This document shows, piece after piece, positions 33,961 to 42,792 of a stretch of DNA of 51,745 nucleotides. Every line of letters begins with the position of its first letter. Position 1 is the stretch's first letter. The translations under genes and the position numbers were made by a program. The notes below the pieces were generated by a model. The model saw nothing but the letters and a program-made list of their open reading frames with translations. It was not told the DNA's origin and made no database searches. The stretch is from NCBI GenBank assembly GCA_964519415.1, contig CAZFJM010000001.1:34294-86038 (forward strand), given 5' to 3'. The DNA comes from Candidatus Woesearchaeota archaeon. Lineage in GTDB: Archaea > Nanobdellota > Nanobdellia > Pacearchaeales > GW2011-AR1.

Positions 33961-34479
33961 ATGAACGGCCTAATCAAAAAAATAGGATGGCACGAACATT
34001 CACATAATAGGAATCATGAAAGACAAACTCATGAAAAACCGTCCTTTCATTCTTTTATTTTTATAGAAACACCTCATAAAAAAGGAAAAACCGGAAAATT
34101 TTATGTAGTAACCGAACCTACAAAACATACTTATCAACCAAAACTAATACTTAGGAGAAGTAAAAAGGAGAATCCATTTTTCCCAATCCTTGATCAAGAA
34201 AATTCAAGTCGGTATCTTGGGCATGAAGAAGAAGTTTGCCCTTATGTTAGAAACCCTCTAGTTAACAATCAAACCAAGCTAATCTATGGAACTTGCGGAC
34301 TAGATGGAGAACAATGCCCAGGACATGAAACATATTCCTGGGGAAAACCTTCTTGTTTAAAATATGCAGATTTCTTTAACCCAAGAAAAACAGTTACTCC
34401 AAAAATACCTTTAAGATTCAACAGTGAAATGTTTAAAGACAATTATTTGACCCCAGTTGTACCAAAACCAAAAGAGTAG
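33961..34479 (+). CDS. Hypothetical protein, His-rich N-terminus and four Cys
   Basis: 172 aa. No family recognised. A TATA-like element lies upstream. Confidence 0.4.
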   Translation: MNGLIKKIGWHEHSHNRNHERQTHEKPSFHSFIFIETPHKKGKTGKFYVVTEPTKHTYQPKLILRRSKKENPFFPILDQENSSRYLGHEEEVCPYVRNPLVNNQTKLIYGTCGLDGEQCPGHETYSWGKPSCLKYADFFNPRKTVTPKIPLRFNSEMFKDNYLTPVVPKPKE

Positions 34480-34514
34480 TTAATTATTAAAAGGACCGAT
34501 TCTTACAATATTAA

Positions 34515-35903
34515 ATGAAAGTACAAGTTTTAGGTGCTGCAAAAGAGGTTACCGGTTCATGTTATAGTATAACTTCTGAAGAAGATCAAATTCTAGTAGA
34601 TTGCGGAATGTTCCAAGGAAGTAAAGATCTTGAAAGATTAAATTATGAAAAATTTGGATTTAGCCCTAGAAAATACAAAGCTTTAGTTTTAACTCATGCA
34701 CATTTAGACCATTGCGGTAGAATCCCTTTGCTAGTAAAAAATGGTTTCAGAGGAAAAATTTATTCTACCGAAGCCACTAAAGCTTTAGCACAAGTAATAA
34801 TGACTGATTCTGCAAAAATAGCGTTTGAAGATGCAATTACTGAAAATAAAAGAAGAGCTAAAGAAAATCTCCCACCGAGAAAACCAATTTACACATTAAC
34901 AGACGTTACTGATGCAATGAAACTCTTTTCAACTTTAAAATATGAAGAGAAAGCAAGAGTTACTAAAAATATAGATTTACAACTTTACGACGCAGGACAC
35001 ATTTTAGGTTCCTCCTCTGCACAAATAAGTGTAAAAGAAAAAGACAAAACAAAAACAGTTGTTTTCTCTGGAGATCTAGGGCAAGAAAATTCTATCTTAG
35101 TTAAAAATACTGCACCAATACAAAAAGCAGATTATGTATTTATGGAATCAACATATGGAGATAGATTACATGATCCTAGAGACAAAAGAACAAGAGAACT
35201 AATTAGAGTAATAAAAGAAACATATAATCGCGGAGGAAAATTATTTATACCTTCATTTGCAGTTGAAAGAACTCAAGAATTATTATATAATATCGGCCAA
35301 TATATGGAAGAAGGAGCAATTCCAAAAATGCCAGTTTTCCTTGATTCTCCAATGGCAATTCGTTCAACAGATGTTTTCAGAAAATTTATGAGATACTTTA
35401 ATGATGATGTACAAGAAAGATATAAAGAAACAAATGATGTCTTTGGTTTTCCAGAATTAACCCTAACAAAAACCAGAGCAGAATCTATAGAAATTAATGG
35501 AGTTACTGAACCAGCAATTATAATTGCAGGAAATGGTATGTGTTCAGCAGGAAGAATTAAGCACCACATTGCAAATAATATTGAAGACGAAAAGAATACA
35601 ATTTTATTTGTTGGTTTCCAAGTTGAAGGAACTTTAGGTTATTGGATACAAAAAGGTGAAAAACACGTTCATCTCCTAGGAAAAGAACTTGAAGTTAAAG
35701 CAAAAGTTGAATCGATAGAAGGATTTTCAGCTCATGCAGATAAAGTAGGTTTACTAAAATGGATAAAGAACTTCGCACCAAAACCTAAAAAAGTTTTCAT
35801 CACACATGGAGATCTTGAACAACAAGAAGCATTAGTTAAAACATTAACAAAAGAAAAACTAGAAGCTTACATTCCTTCTTTAAACGAAACTTTAGATTTG
35901 TAG
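34515..35903 (+). CDS. Metallo-beta-lactamase / beta-CASP family ribonuclease (aCPSF2-like, no KH domains)
   Basis: 462 aa. LVDCGMFQG, THAHLDHCG (HxHxDH), DAGHILGS, ESTYGD, later GFSAHAD and THGD, giving the MBL + beta-CASP + RMMBL motif order. Confidence 0.8.
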   Translation: MKVQVLGAAKEVTGSCYSITSEEDQILVDCGMFQGSKDLERLNYEKFGFSPRKYKALVLTHAHLDHCGRIPLLVKNGFRGKIYSTEATKALAQVIMTDSAKIAFEDAITENKRRAKENLPPRKPIYTLTDVTDAMKLFSTLKYEEKARVTKNIDLQLYDAGHILGSSSAQISVKEKDKTKTVVFSGDLGQENSILVKNTAPIQKADYVFMESTYGDRLHDPRDKRTRELIRVIKETYNRGGKLFIPSFAVERTQELLYNIGQYMEEGAIPKMPVFLDSPMAIRSTDVFRKFMRYFNDDVQERYKETNDVFGFPELTLTKTRAESIEINGVTEPAIIIAGNGMCSAGRIKHHIANNIEDEKNTILFVGFQVEGTLGYWIQKGEKHVHLLGKELEVKAKVESIEGFSAHADKVGLLKWIKNFAPKPKKVFITHGDLEQQEALVKTLTKEKLEAYIPSLNETLDL

Positions 35904-35937
35904 ACATTTTTGTAGAAAAGTTTATAAATGTAGACAC
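35896..35937 (+). repeat. 42-bp direct repeat, copy 1 (ATTTGTAGACATTTTTGTAGA-N9-AAATGTAGACAC); its N9 spacer plus flanks form the Fic promoter
   Basis: It overlaps the last codons and stop of the beta-CASP gene (..GAT TTG TAG). Its spacer carries AAGTTTATAAAT, 22-29 nt upstream of the Fic ATG. It contains three TGTAGA(C) units. Confidence 0.8.
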
Positions 35938-35949
35938 TATTAGTATATT

Positions 35950-36894
35950 ATGTACATTGAAGAAAAGATCATCAAGGGAAAGAAAAAGTATTTCTTGGCG
36001 CATTCTTTTAGAGAAGAAGACAAAGTTCACAAAATAAGAAAATTAATTGGAACTGACTTAACAAAAGAAATGCTAGAAGAAAGAAAGAAAAAACTAGAAG
36101 TGTTAATTATAGAAGAAATTTCAAAATATAAAATTATTCAAGATCCATTGGATAAAGAACTCTCTAAAGACGAACTTTCTTTTATTAGAAAATTAGAATT
36201 ACAAGCAGACTTTAAAATATCACATTTATCTGAAAAAGAATGGGATGTCTTCTCAACTAATTTCACATATAACACAAATGCAATAGAAGGAAGCGAACTT
36301 ACTTCAAAAGAGGTTTCTGGAATATTAACGGAAAATAAATGGCCGGAAAAATCAAAAGAAGATATAGCCGAAGCTTATGGAGTCAAAGAAGCAATAAAAT
36401 TTATTAGAACGACAAAAGAGCATTTATCAGTCCAGCTATTAAAAGAAATACATAAAGAAGTTTTCAAAAATTCTAAAAGTTTTGCAGGAGAATTTAGAAA
36501 ACCAGGACAAGAAGTAGTTGTAATGTCCTCTTCAGGAAAAGTAGTACATGAAGGAGCACCGCAATCTAGAGTTGCAGGATTACTCCAAAATTTAGTAAAC
36601 TGGTATAATAACAATAAATCAAAATATCCAGGCATAATTTTAGCATCTGTCGTTCACAATCAGTTTGAAAATATCCACCCATTTGCAGACGGAAATGGGA
36701 GAGTTGGAAGAATAATTTTAAATAATATATTAATAAAACACAATCTTCCACCAATAGACATAAAATTAGCAAATAGACACGAATATTATGCTTGTTTGCA
36801 AGAATATGAAAATAATAAGAATCTAAGACCAACAATAGAATTCTTACTAAAGGAATACAAATCCACTAAAAAAGAGATTAATTCTAATTTGTAG
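35950..36894 (+). CDS. Fic-domain protein (AMPylase-type) with an intramolecular inhibitory motif (class II-like)
   Basis: 314 aa. Fic motif HPFADGNGRVGR (HPFx[DE]GN[GK]R). [ST]xxxE[GN] inhibitory motif TNAIEG N-terminal to it in the same chain. Confidence 0.85.
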   Translation: MYIEEKIIKGKKKYFLAHSFREEDKVHKIRKLIGTDLTKEMLEERKKKLEVLIIEEISKYKIIQDPLDKELSKDELSFIRKLELQADFKISHLSEKEWDVFSTNFTYNTNAIEGSELTSKEVSGILTENKWPEKSKEDIAEAYGVKEAIKFIRTTKEHLSVQLLKEIHKEVFKNSKSFAGEFRKPGQEVVVMSSSGKVVHEGAPQSRVAGLLQNLVNWYNNNKSKYPGIILASVVHNQFENIHPFADGNGRVGRIILNNILIKHNLPPIDIKLANRHEYYACLQEYENNKNLRPTIEFLLKEYKSTKKEINSNL

Positions 36895-36928
36895 ACATTT
36901 TTGTAGACACAATTAAAAATGTAGACAC
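36887..36928 (+). repeat. 42-bp direct repeat, copy 2
   Basis: It overlaps the last codons and stop of the Fic gene (..AAT TTG TAG). Identical 21-bp and 12-bp arms with the same 9-bp spacing as copy 1. It is followed by ATG plus only three sense codons (ATG TTT ATT CTT) and then TAA. Confidence 0.8.
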
Positions 36929-36990
36929 AAAACATTATGTTTATTCTTTAAACTAAACTTTAGAACTATAAAAATTATATTTTCTAAGAA

Positions 36991-37470
36991 TTACTTTGCT
37001 TCTGCAGGTTCTACTGTTTCTTCAATCTCTTCAGCATCAGCTTCTTCATCTTCTTCTTCGCCGTCAATCATTTCTAAAGAGTTTAAGATATCTAAAACTT
37101 GATCTAATTTTTTATTAAGTTGTTGAAATTGATCAGATGTAATTCCTGCACCAGATGAAGCAAGTCCACTTGGTCTATTTTCTCCTCTTTGGTTTCCGAA
37201 ACAATCACTGCAATAAACTGGTTTATCACCTGTTGGTTTAAATGGAACTTTACAATTTTTACCGCACTTTGCACAAACTGCATCGCACATTGGCATTTCT
37301 CTTCTATCTCTTCCGCCGCCGAATCCGCCTCTGCTTCCGCCGAAACTTCTTCCGCCACCAGATCTTCTATCATCTCCACCGAAGCTTCTGCCTCCGCCGA
37401 ATCCGCCTCTGCTTCCGCCAGACCGACCGCCTTCTCTTCTATCGTTATCGAATGATCTAAAATCTCCCAT
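36991..37470 (-). CDS. RGG-rich protein with a CxxC-x17-CxxC zinc-ribbon-like domain and an acidic C-terminal tail
   Basis: 159 aa. N-terminal GGRSGGSRGGFGGGRSFGGDDRRSGGGRSFGGSRGGFGGGRDRR, then CAKCGKNCKVPFKPTGDKPVYCSDCF (exactly C-x2-C-x17-C-x2-C), then DGEEEDEEADAEEIEE. A TATA-like element lies 19-30 nt upstream. Confidence 0.75.
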   Translation of the reverse strand: MGDFRSFDNDRREGGRSGGSRGGFGGGRSFGGDDRRSGGGRSFGGSRGGFGGGRDRREMPMCDAVCAKCGKNCKVPFKPTGDKPVYCSDCFGNQRGENRPSGLASSGAGITSDQFQQLNKKLDQVLDILNSLEMIDGEEEDEEADAEEIEETVEPAEAK

Positions 37471-37589
37471 GAATAATCAGAGAAATGAGGCATTATAAAG
37501 CTATGTAATTGGGTAAAAAAGAGCTAAAACTAAAACTACTTAAAAAAGTTCAGTTAAGTTTATTAATTAGACTAATTTAAATTAAAAAG

Positions 37590-38054
37590 ATGGAGAGAAT
37601 AACAAAATATTTTACTATTGTTTACTCAGTTTTGATACTGTTACTAGCATTATTTTATATTTCTGCAGAATTATATAACTCTGATATAAAAAATAACGTT
37701 CCTGAAGCAAAATATGATTCGCAAGGAAATCAATTAATCACACAAGTTCCAGAAGACACACCTTATTTTTTTCTAAAACAAACAATAGGTTTATTTACTT
37801 TTTTTGGTTTTCCAATTTTTATTATCTTTATGAGTGCGTTATACTTATATAAACAAAAAGAAGGTTATCTCAAGAGTTTGTTGCTTCCTGTTTCTTTTGT
37901 TTTACTCGTAGGAATAATAAGCTTTATTTGGGCAGTCAATTTTGCTAGAGGAGAAGAAGCGACATTACTCTTCTTTATAGTACCTATGCTAGTAATCACT
38001 TTAATTGTTTCATTAATTGTAAATGGGATTATTTTTGCAATAATAAAGCACTAA
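37590..38054 (+). CDS. Membrane protein (about 4 TM), unknown function
   Basis: 154 aa with hydrophobic helices. A TATA-like element lies 21-31 nt upstream. Confidence 0.45.
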   Translation: MERITKYFTIVYSVLILLLALFYISAELYNSDIKNNVPEAKYDSQGNQLITQVPEDTPYFFLKQTIGLFTFFGFPIFIIFMSALYLYKQKEGYLKSLLLPVSFVLLVGIISFIWAVNFARGEEATLLFFIVPMLVITLIVSLIVNGIIFAIIKH

Positions 38055-38055
38055 T

Positions 38056-39777
38056 TCACTTTCCTCTTTTCAGTTTCTCGTTCAAGTGCTTAAAGTATTC
38101 TGTCTGATGAATATTTGCCATCTTCTCAACAATTAACTCTGGCGTAGAATTTGCAAGTCTTCCAATTACAGGATTATGATCAACAATTAAATTAAACTCT
38201 GCATCAAGTCCTTTAGCCTCAATTCCATCAATTCTAGCATGTTTAGGTAAAACTTCCTTAATTTCGTAACCTAAATGAGTAGCAATAATCAAGAAACAAT
38301 TTTTATTAAGGAAATACTCAGCAGTAGAAGCAATTATCTTTCCAGCAACCCCGGGTTCAGTCACCGCTTCAATTTCATCAGCCAAAATCAAAGTTCTGTT
38401 TCCAGGTTTAATCTCAGACATCTGAGTAAGTAAGTTTTCAAACGCACCTTTATTCGCTGCACCTTTATTCTTAGCGAAATAATAAACCTCTTCAAAAATA
38501 GGCATATTAACTTCGCCATTTACAGGCAAGCCAATCTGAAAAGCAGAAATAAGTTGTATAATATGCTCTAATAAAGTAGTTTTACCACCGCTATTCGCAC
38601 CAGTCAAAATTGAACACCTATATTCTCCGGATAAATTAAAACTAATCGGCTGAGGATTATCTAAGAAGTAATTTTTAGAATTTGAAATATACAACTCTTT
38701 ATTTTCTATAGGAATAGAATTAACCGTTTCCATATATTTTGAAACACCGCCAAGAAAATCATTAACCAATATCAAATTTGAAATACGATTAAGTTTCTCC
38801 GGAATAGACTTTAAAACTTTGGCCTTAGCCTTTATTTCTTCAGCCAAATCAGTAAATTCGTTTGCACTTTGTCTTCTAATCAAATCGTCCAATTCTTTCT
38901 CATCAACAGAAACCGGAATAGCAAAATTAAAAATATATTCTGGAACTCCACTTTCATTAATTGCATCGGTGATAATTTTCTGAAATTCTGGAGGTAACTT
39001 CTTCTCTCCAAGAATCTTCATCAACGAACCGCCAGAAATACTAATATCTTTTATCTTGTCTTCAACTTTAGCATTTATCTCTTCAACAATTTTAGCAACT
39101 TCTTCACGTTTAATTATCTTAGAATTTAATTCTTCCAAAAAAGGAAATAAAGGAGCAACTTCTTGAATAATTTTCAAAATCTCTTCATCTTTAGAATGCA
39201 ATTTCAAAACCTCTAGATTTTCTCTCCACGCAGAAAGAGTCTCCAAATATCTTTCCAAATAAATATCTTCTATACTATCAATAAAAACAGACTGAGGTAA
39301 ATTTTCCAAGGCTCTCTGAAAAGCATCACAATCAATAACTTGCACAATATCATATCTTTCCAATTCATTCAAATCATACTCAGAAGATAAGAATTTAGTA
39401 GAACAACCAAACTCACTAAGTTTAACAAATGTATCCTCATTTTCCGTAACAGCAATCACTTCGTACTTTGGCGACCACATCTGTTTAGGTTTTTTTAACT
39501 CTTTCAAAAAACTATTATCCGAAGAAACTAAATTTCTAAAAAAATCCTGTCTCCTCCTAATCTCCGCAGAATTCTCAGTAAAAAAATGGCACTGCCATAA
39601 ATTAGAACTATCTGAAAAATTGAAATTAGATGAAATCTTAGTCAAAAACTTATTATGGATCAATTTCCCATCTTTAGTCTTGTAAATAGAATCAGAACCG
39701 CCATTCACAGAAGTTTTAAGCTTGTTAAATGGAGACAAATTGTTCTCTTCAATAAACTTGCAATAATCACCTATCAT
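38056..39777 (-). CDS. MutS-family ATPase (domain V-type ABC ATPase; no mismatch-binding domain recognised)
   Basis: 573 aa. ILTGANSGGKTTLLEHI (Walker A in MutS context), LILADEIEAVTEP (Walker B / DE..GT-like), IIATHL. The N-terminal ~380 aa is helical and unassigned. Confidence 0.7.
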   Translation of the reverse strand: MIGDYCKFIEENNLSPFNKLKTSVNGGSDSIYKTKDGKLIHNKFLTKISSNFNFSDSSNLWQCHFFTENSAEIRRRQDFFRNLVSSDNSFLKELKKPKQMWSPKYEVIAVTENEDTFVKLSEFGCSTKFLSSEYDLNELERYDIVQVIDCDAFQRALENLPQSVFIDSIEDIYLERYLETLSAWRENLEVLKLHSKDEEILKIIQEVAPLFPFLEELNSKIIKREEVAKIVEEINAKVEDKIKDISISGGSLMKILGEKKLPPEFQKIITDAINESGVPEYIFNFAIPVSVDEKELDDLIRRQSANEFTDLAEEIKAKAKVLKSIPEKLNRISNLILVNDFLGGVSKYMETVNSIPIENKELYISNSKNYFLDNPQPISFNLSGEYRCSILTGANSGGKTTLLEHIIQLISAFQIGLPVNGEVNMPIFEEVYYFAKNKGAANKGAFENLLTQMSEIKPGNRTLILADEIEAVTEPGVAGKIIASTAEYFLNKNCFLIIATHLGYEIKEVLPKHARIDGIEAKGLDAEFNLIVDHNPVIGRLANSTPELIVEKMANIHQTEYFKHLNEKLKRGK

Positions 39778-39816
39778 AAAACTAAGAAAAATTTAGGGTT
39801 TAAAATGATTTATATT

Positions 39817-40086
39817 CTAATAACGATAATTAGTTTGATTAACAACGCCTACAGCATCATCAGACTTATGCTGATAGTAATTAAATAACGCTTGAATATC
39901 TTTAAATTGAGGAGTCGGGCCTTCTAATTCTTCTAAAGTCTTTAATACCTTTGCAGTATTCTTAATGTGAGAACGAGCAGAATCAGTATGCCAGCCAAAG
40001 ATACCACAATGCAAAGGAAGACAAAAGTATAAATCACGTTTCAAAGATTTTTCAATTTTCTGAGCTTCTGTTAATTCTGGCGCCAT
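39817..40086 (-). CDS. Hypothetical small protein, third gene of a three-gene operon
   Basis: 89 aa; contains CLPLHCGIFGWHTD. Its ATG shares one nt with the upstream stop (TAATG). Confidence 0.45.
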   Translation of the reverse strand: MAPELTEAQKIEKSLKRDLYFCLPLHCGIFGWHTDSARSHIKNTAKVLKTLEELEGPTPQFKDIQALFNYYQHKSDDAVGVVNQTNYRY

Positions 40087-40334
40087 TATGCAATCACCCC
40101 GTCATGTTCTTTACGCATCCAAGAACCATTAGTTATTACAGAATCTCCATTATAAAGTAGGTTATTTGGACCTTCACGTGAAAGTTTATCTGCTGCAAAA
40201 CCAACAGTTCTGCCCATAGGCTTACCAACCATCATATAAGTAACATAATCACCAGAAGTACTTGAAACCCCATGTACTATAAAAGAAGTATCTAACTTAG
40301 GAACAGAAATAAGAATATTTTCAACGTTTCCCAT
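40086..40334 (-). CDS. Hypothetical small protein, paralog 2 (YNGDSVIT-GSWM motif)
   Basis: Start moved to ATG 40334 (MGNVENILISVPKLD...), which parallels the paralog-1 start MGLENIQNNLIIKMPRLG and gives a 1-nt TGATG overlap. The track start at 40340 is a TTG. C-terminal LLYNGDSVITNGSWMRKEH. Confidence 0.5.
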   Translation of the reverse strand: MGNVENILISVPKLDTSFIVHGVSSTSGDYVTYMMVGKPMGRTVGFAADKLSREGPNNLLYNGDSVITNGSWMRKEHDGVIA

Positions 40335-40600
40335 CAGCAAATCCTCGCTCCTCTTTTATGTTCTTTCATCCAAGAACCAGTAGTTATTACTGAGTCCCCA
40401 TTATATATTAATTCAGACCCTACAGAGTAATCTTTTACAAGTAACATAGATCTAAAAGAAATTTGTTTATCTTTAGAACTTGAAAGAGAATAAGTTGTAT
40501 AATCTTCAGTAAGTTTAATAGGATTTGAATTAACTTCGAAAGTAACACCTAGTCTAGGCATTTTAATAATAAGGTTGTTTTGTATATTTTCCAATCCCAT
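40334..40600 (-). CDS. Hypothetical small protein, paralog 1 (YNGDSVIT-GSWM motif)
   Basis: 88 aa. C-terminal LIYNGDSVITTGSWMKEHK. Confidence 0.5.
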   Translation of the reverse strand: MGLENIQNNLIIKMPRLGVTFEVNSNPIKLTEDYTTYSLSSSKDKQISFRSMLLVKDYSVGSELIYNGDSVITTGSWMKEHKRGARIC

Positions 40601-40718
40601 TTTCTTTAATATTTAACAAAGATATACTATTTAAATCTTTTGGTTGATACTACTACATAATAACATCAAAAAACAAACAACAGAAAAGCCTTATATATCC
40701 GAGTTTCTTAATTAAATT

Positions 40719-41564
40719 ATGAGAGTACGATATTCATTCTCTTCAAAGAGAACAGGCCATATTGAAAATATGGAGAAACAACGAAAGAAATATCCAGACA
40801 TAGTCGCAGAAATCTTAAAAGTTTCAGATATTATCTTAGAAGTTTTAGACGCTCGTTTCATTGATGACACTAGAAATACAGACTTGGAAGAAGCTGTAAA
40901 AAAAAGCGGTAAAAAGTTATTTTATATTTTAAACAAATGCGATCTAGTAGATTTAGCAGCTAAGAAAAAAGAAATGAAAGAAAAAGGGTTGTATCCTTAT
41001 GTTTTAATTTCGTGTACAACAAGAAAAGGAGCAAGAGAACTTAGAACAAAACTAAAAATAGAAGCTAAAAGAGTTGAACTACCTCACGAAGAAATGAGAA
41101 GAGTTCAAGTAGGAATTGTAGGATATCCAAACACAGGAAAGTCTTCTTTGATTAATTTTTTAGCAGGCAGCACAGCAGCTAAAGTTGGTGCAGAAGCCGG
41201 CTTCACAAAATCAATGCAAAAAATAAGATTAAGTGCGGACATTTTAATTTTAGACACACCAGGAGTTATTCCTGCAAAAGACTACTCTCATCAAAAACAA
41301 GATATGATTAGCCAACATGCAAAAATAAGTGCACGAGATGCAAATAAAGTAAAAAGACCAGATGTAGTAATCCAAACAATAATGAACGAATACGGCCCAA
41401 TTATAGAAAAATACTATGGAGTTGACGTTCACGGTGACGGAGATTTATTAATTGAAGAAGTTGGAAGAAAAAGAAATCTTCTAAAAAGAGGCGGGGTTGT
41501 CGATGAAGATCGTTCTGCTAGAGAAATTCTCAAAGACTGGCAAGAAGGAAAAATTAAAATATAA
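40719..41564 (+). CDS. Circularly permuted GTPase (YlqF/RbgA-YawG type ribosome-biogenesis GTPase)
   Basis: 281 aa. Permuted motif order: NKCDL (G4), then GYPNTGKSSLIN (G1), then DTPG (G3). TATA-like TTATATAT (40691..40698) lies 21-28 nt upstream. Confidence 0.8.
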   Translation: MRVRYSFSSKRTGHIENMEKQRKKYPDIVAEILKVSDIILEVLDARFIDDTRNTDLEEAVKKSGKKLFYILNKCDLVDLAAKKKEMKEKGLYPYVLISCTTRKGARELRTKLKIEAKRVELPHEEMRRVQVGIVGYPNTGKSSLINFLAGSTAAKVGAEAGFTKSMQKIRLSADILILDTPGVIPAKDYSHQKQDMISQHAKISARDANKVKRPDVVIQTIMNEYGPIIEKYYGVDVHGDGDLLIEEVGRKRNLLKRGGVVDEDRSAREILKDWQEGKIKI

Positions 41565-42002
41565 TTATTTATTTTCTTCTTTCACTTGAGCAGGTTTCCA
41601 AACATTCTCAATATAATTTTCTATTTCGTCTAAAGAATGAAAACTATGCAATTCAATATACTCATTATGGTGTGGACATTCATCAACTGAAAAATCTCTG
41701 CAAATCTGAGGTCTCTTCTCATAAATCTGACATAAATTATCTTCACCTAAATGTTCACAAGGAGTAAGAAATTCTATATTCCATGCACCTTCTTCTTCAA
41801 CAAAAACATTAACATTCTTATGACAAACATACCATTTGATTATATCAAAGTCTTCTAATTTTTCAGGTTTATCAATTTCAATAACAACATATCTACAACA
41901 ATTTCCTTTACAGCTAGAACAATCTTTTCCAGTTTCACAACCTTCCATCAAATGTTTTTCATTCTCAGGGCATTCTCCTTCTTGCAATCCTTCGTTTTCC
42001 AT
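41565..42002 (-). CDS. YkgJ-family cysteine-cluster protein (CxxCxxCC type)
   Basis: 145 aa. CSSCKGNCCRY and the later CQIYEKRPQICRDF are the two signature blocks of this family. Confidence 0.7.
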   Translation of the reverse strand: MENEGLQEGECPENEKHLMEGCETGKDCSSCKGNCCRYVVIEIDKPEKLEDFDIIKWYVCHKNVNVFVEEEGAWNIEFLTPCEHLGEDNLCQIYEKRPQICRDFSVDECPHHNEYIELHSFHSLDEIENYIENVWKPAQVKEENK

Positions 42003-42032
42003 AATTAAGAAATAAAAAGACTATTTATAAAA

Positions 42033-42740
42033 CTATATTTCTCCATTCAAATACTTCTTACGCTTCACTTCATCAAACTTTTCAATAGCATATCTAAGCA
42101 TTGTTCGTGGCATTTTCTTATAATGTTTCTTCAGAAAATTCTCTTCAACTTCTAAATTCCTTTTTCCTATTTCTCTAAGCATCCATCCTACGGCCTTATG
42201 AATTAAATCGTGTTTATCTTCAAGCAAAATCTCTGCGATTTTCAAAGCATCTTCAAACTTATTATATCGTATAAAAGTAAAGGTAGAAAGAATCGCAATT
42301 CTCTTCTTCCACAAATTATCCGAATTAGCAAACTCATACAAAACAGCCTTATCTTCATTCAATAAATGTTTACCAACTATATTTGGCGCACTCAAATCAA
42401 CCAAGTCCCAATTATTGATATTAGAATAATTTTCCAAATAAAACTGAAATATTAATCTTCTCTGATCAGTAAATTTTTCATACCTCATAACTAAAACCAA
42501 CAAAGCAACAAGCCTTTCTTCATGAAATTTACTATTCAATAAAACCCCGACCTCTTCCGAACTCAAATCCTTAAAATATTTCTTAACTAAATTCCTTTGA
42601 TCTGGAACCATAATTCCCATAAAAATATCGCCCTCACCATACTCTCCTTTTCCCGTCTTAAAAAATCCTTGTAGAAGTTTAGCTTTTTTAGGATTAGCCA
42701 GTAACTTCAACTCTTTTCTCAAATTACCAAGTCCAGCCAT
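42033..42740 (-). CDS. DNA alkylation repair protein (AlkD-like HEAT-repeat family)
   Basis: LANPKKAKLLQGFFKTGKGEYGEGDIFMGIMVPDQR and WDLVD...GKHL, ...IHKAVGWMLRE match the family pattern. The track start at 42758 is a TTG; ATG 42740 lies 21-30 nt from a TATA-like element. Confidence 0.75.
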   Translation of the reverse strand: MAGLGNLRKELKLLANPKKAKLLQGFFKTGKGEYGEGDIFMGIMVPDQRNLVKKYFKDLSSEEVGVLLNSKFHEERLVALLVLVMRYEKFTDQRRLIFQFYLENYSNINNWDLVDLSAPNIVGKHLLNEDKAVLYEFANSDNLWKKRIAILSTFTFIRYNKFEDALKIAEILLEDKHDLIHKAVGWMLREIGKRNLEVEENFLKKHYKKMPRTMLRYAIEKFDEVKRKKYLNGEI

Positions 42741-42792
42741 AGAATATTCACTCAACAAAGCTTTTTAAACGTTTAAACTATCGAAATATCAA

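Noticed and set aside
35836-36030. 64-aa minus-strand ORF spanning the beta-CASP/Fic junction
   Set aside because: It reads antisense through the beta-CASP 3' end, the direct repeat and the Fic start, and has no supporting signals.
37104-37493. Three extra ORFs (37104..37493 minus, 37189..37455 plus, 37242..37460 plus) over the RGG/CxxC gene
   Set aside because: The GGN/CGN/GAA-rich low-complexity DNA stays open in several frames. Only the 36991..37470 frame yields the exact CxxC-x17-CxxC unit and has a TATA element at the right distance.
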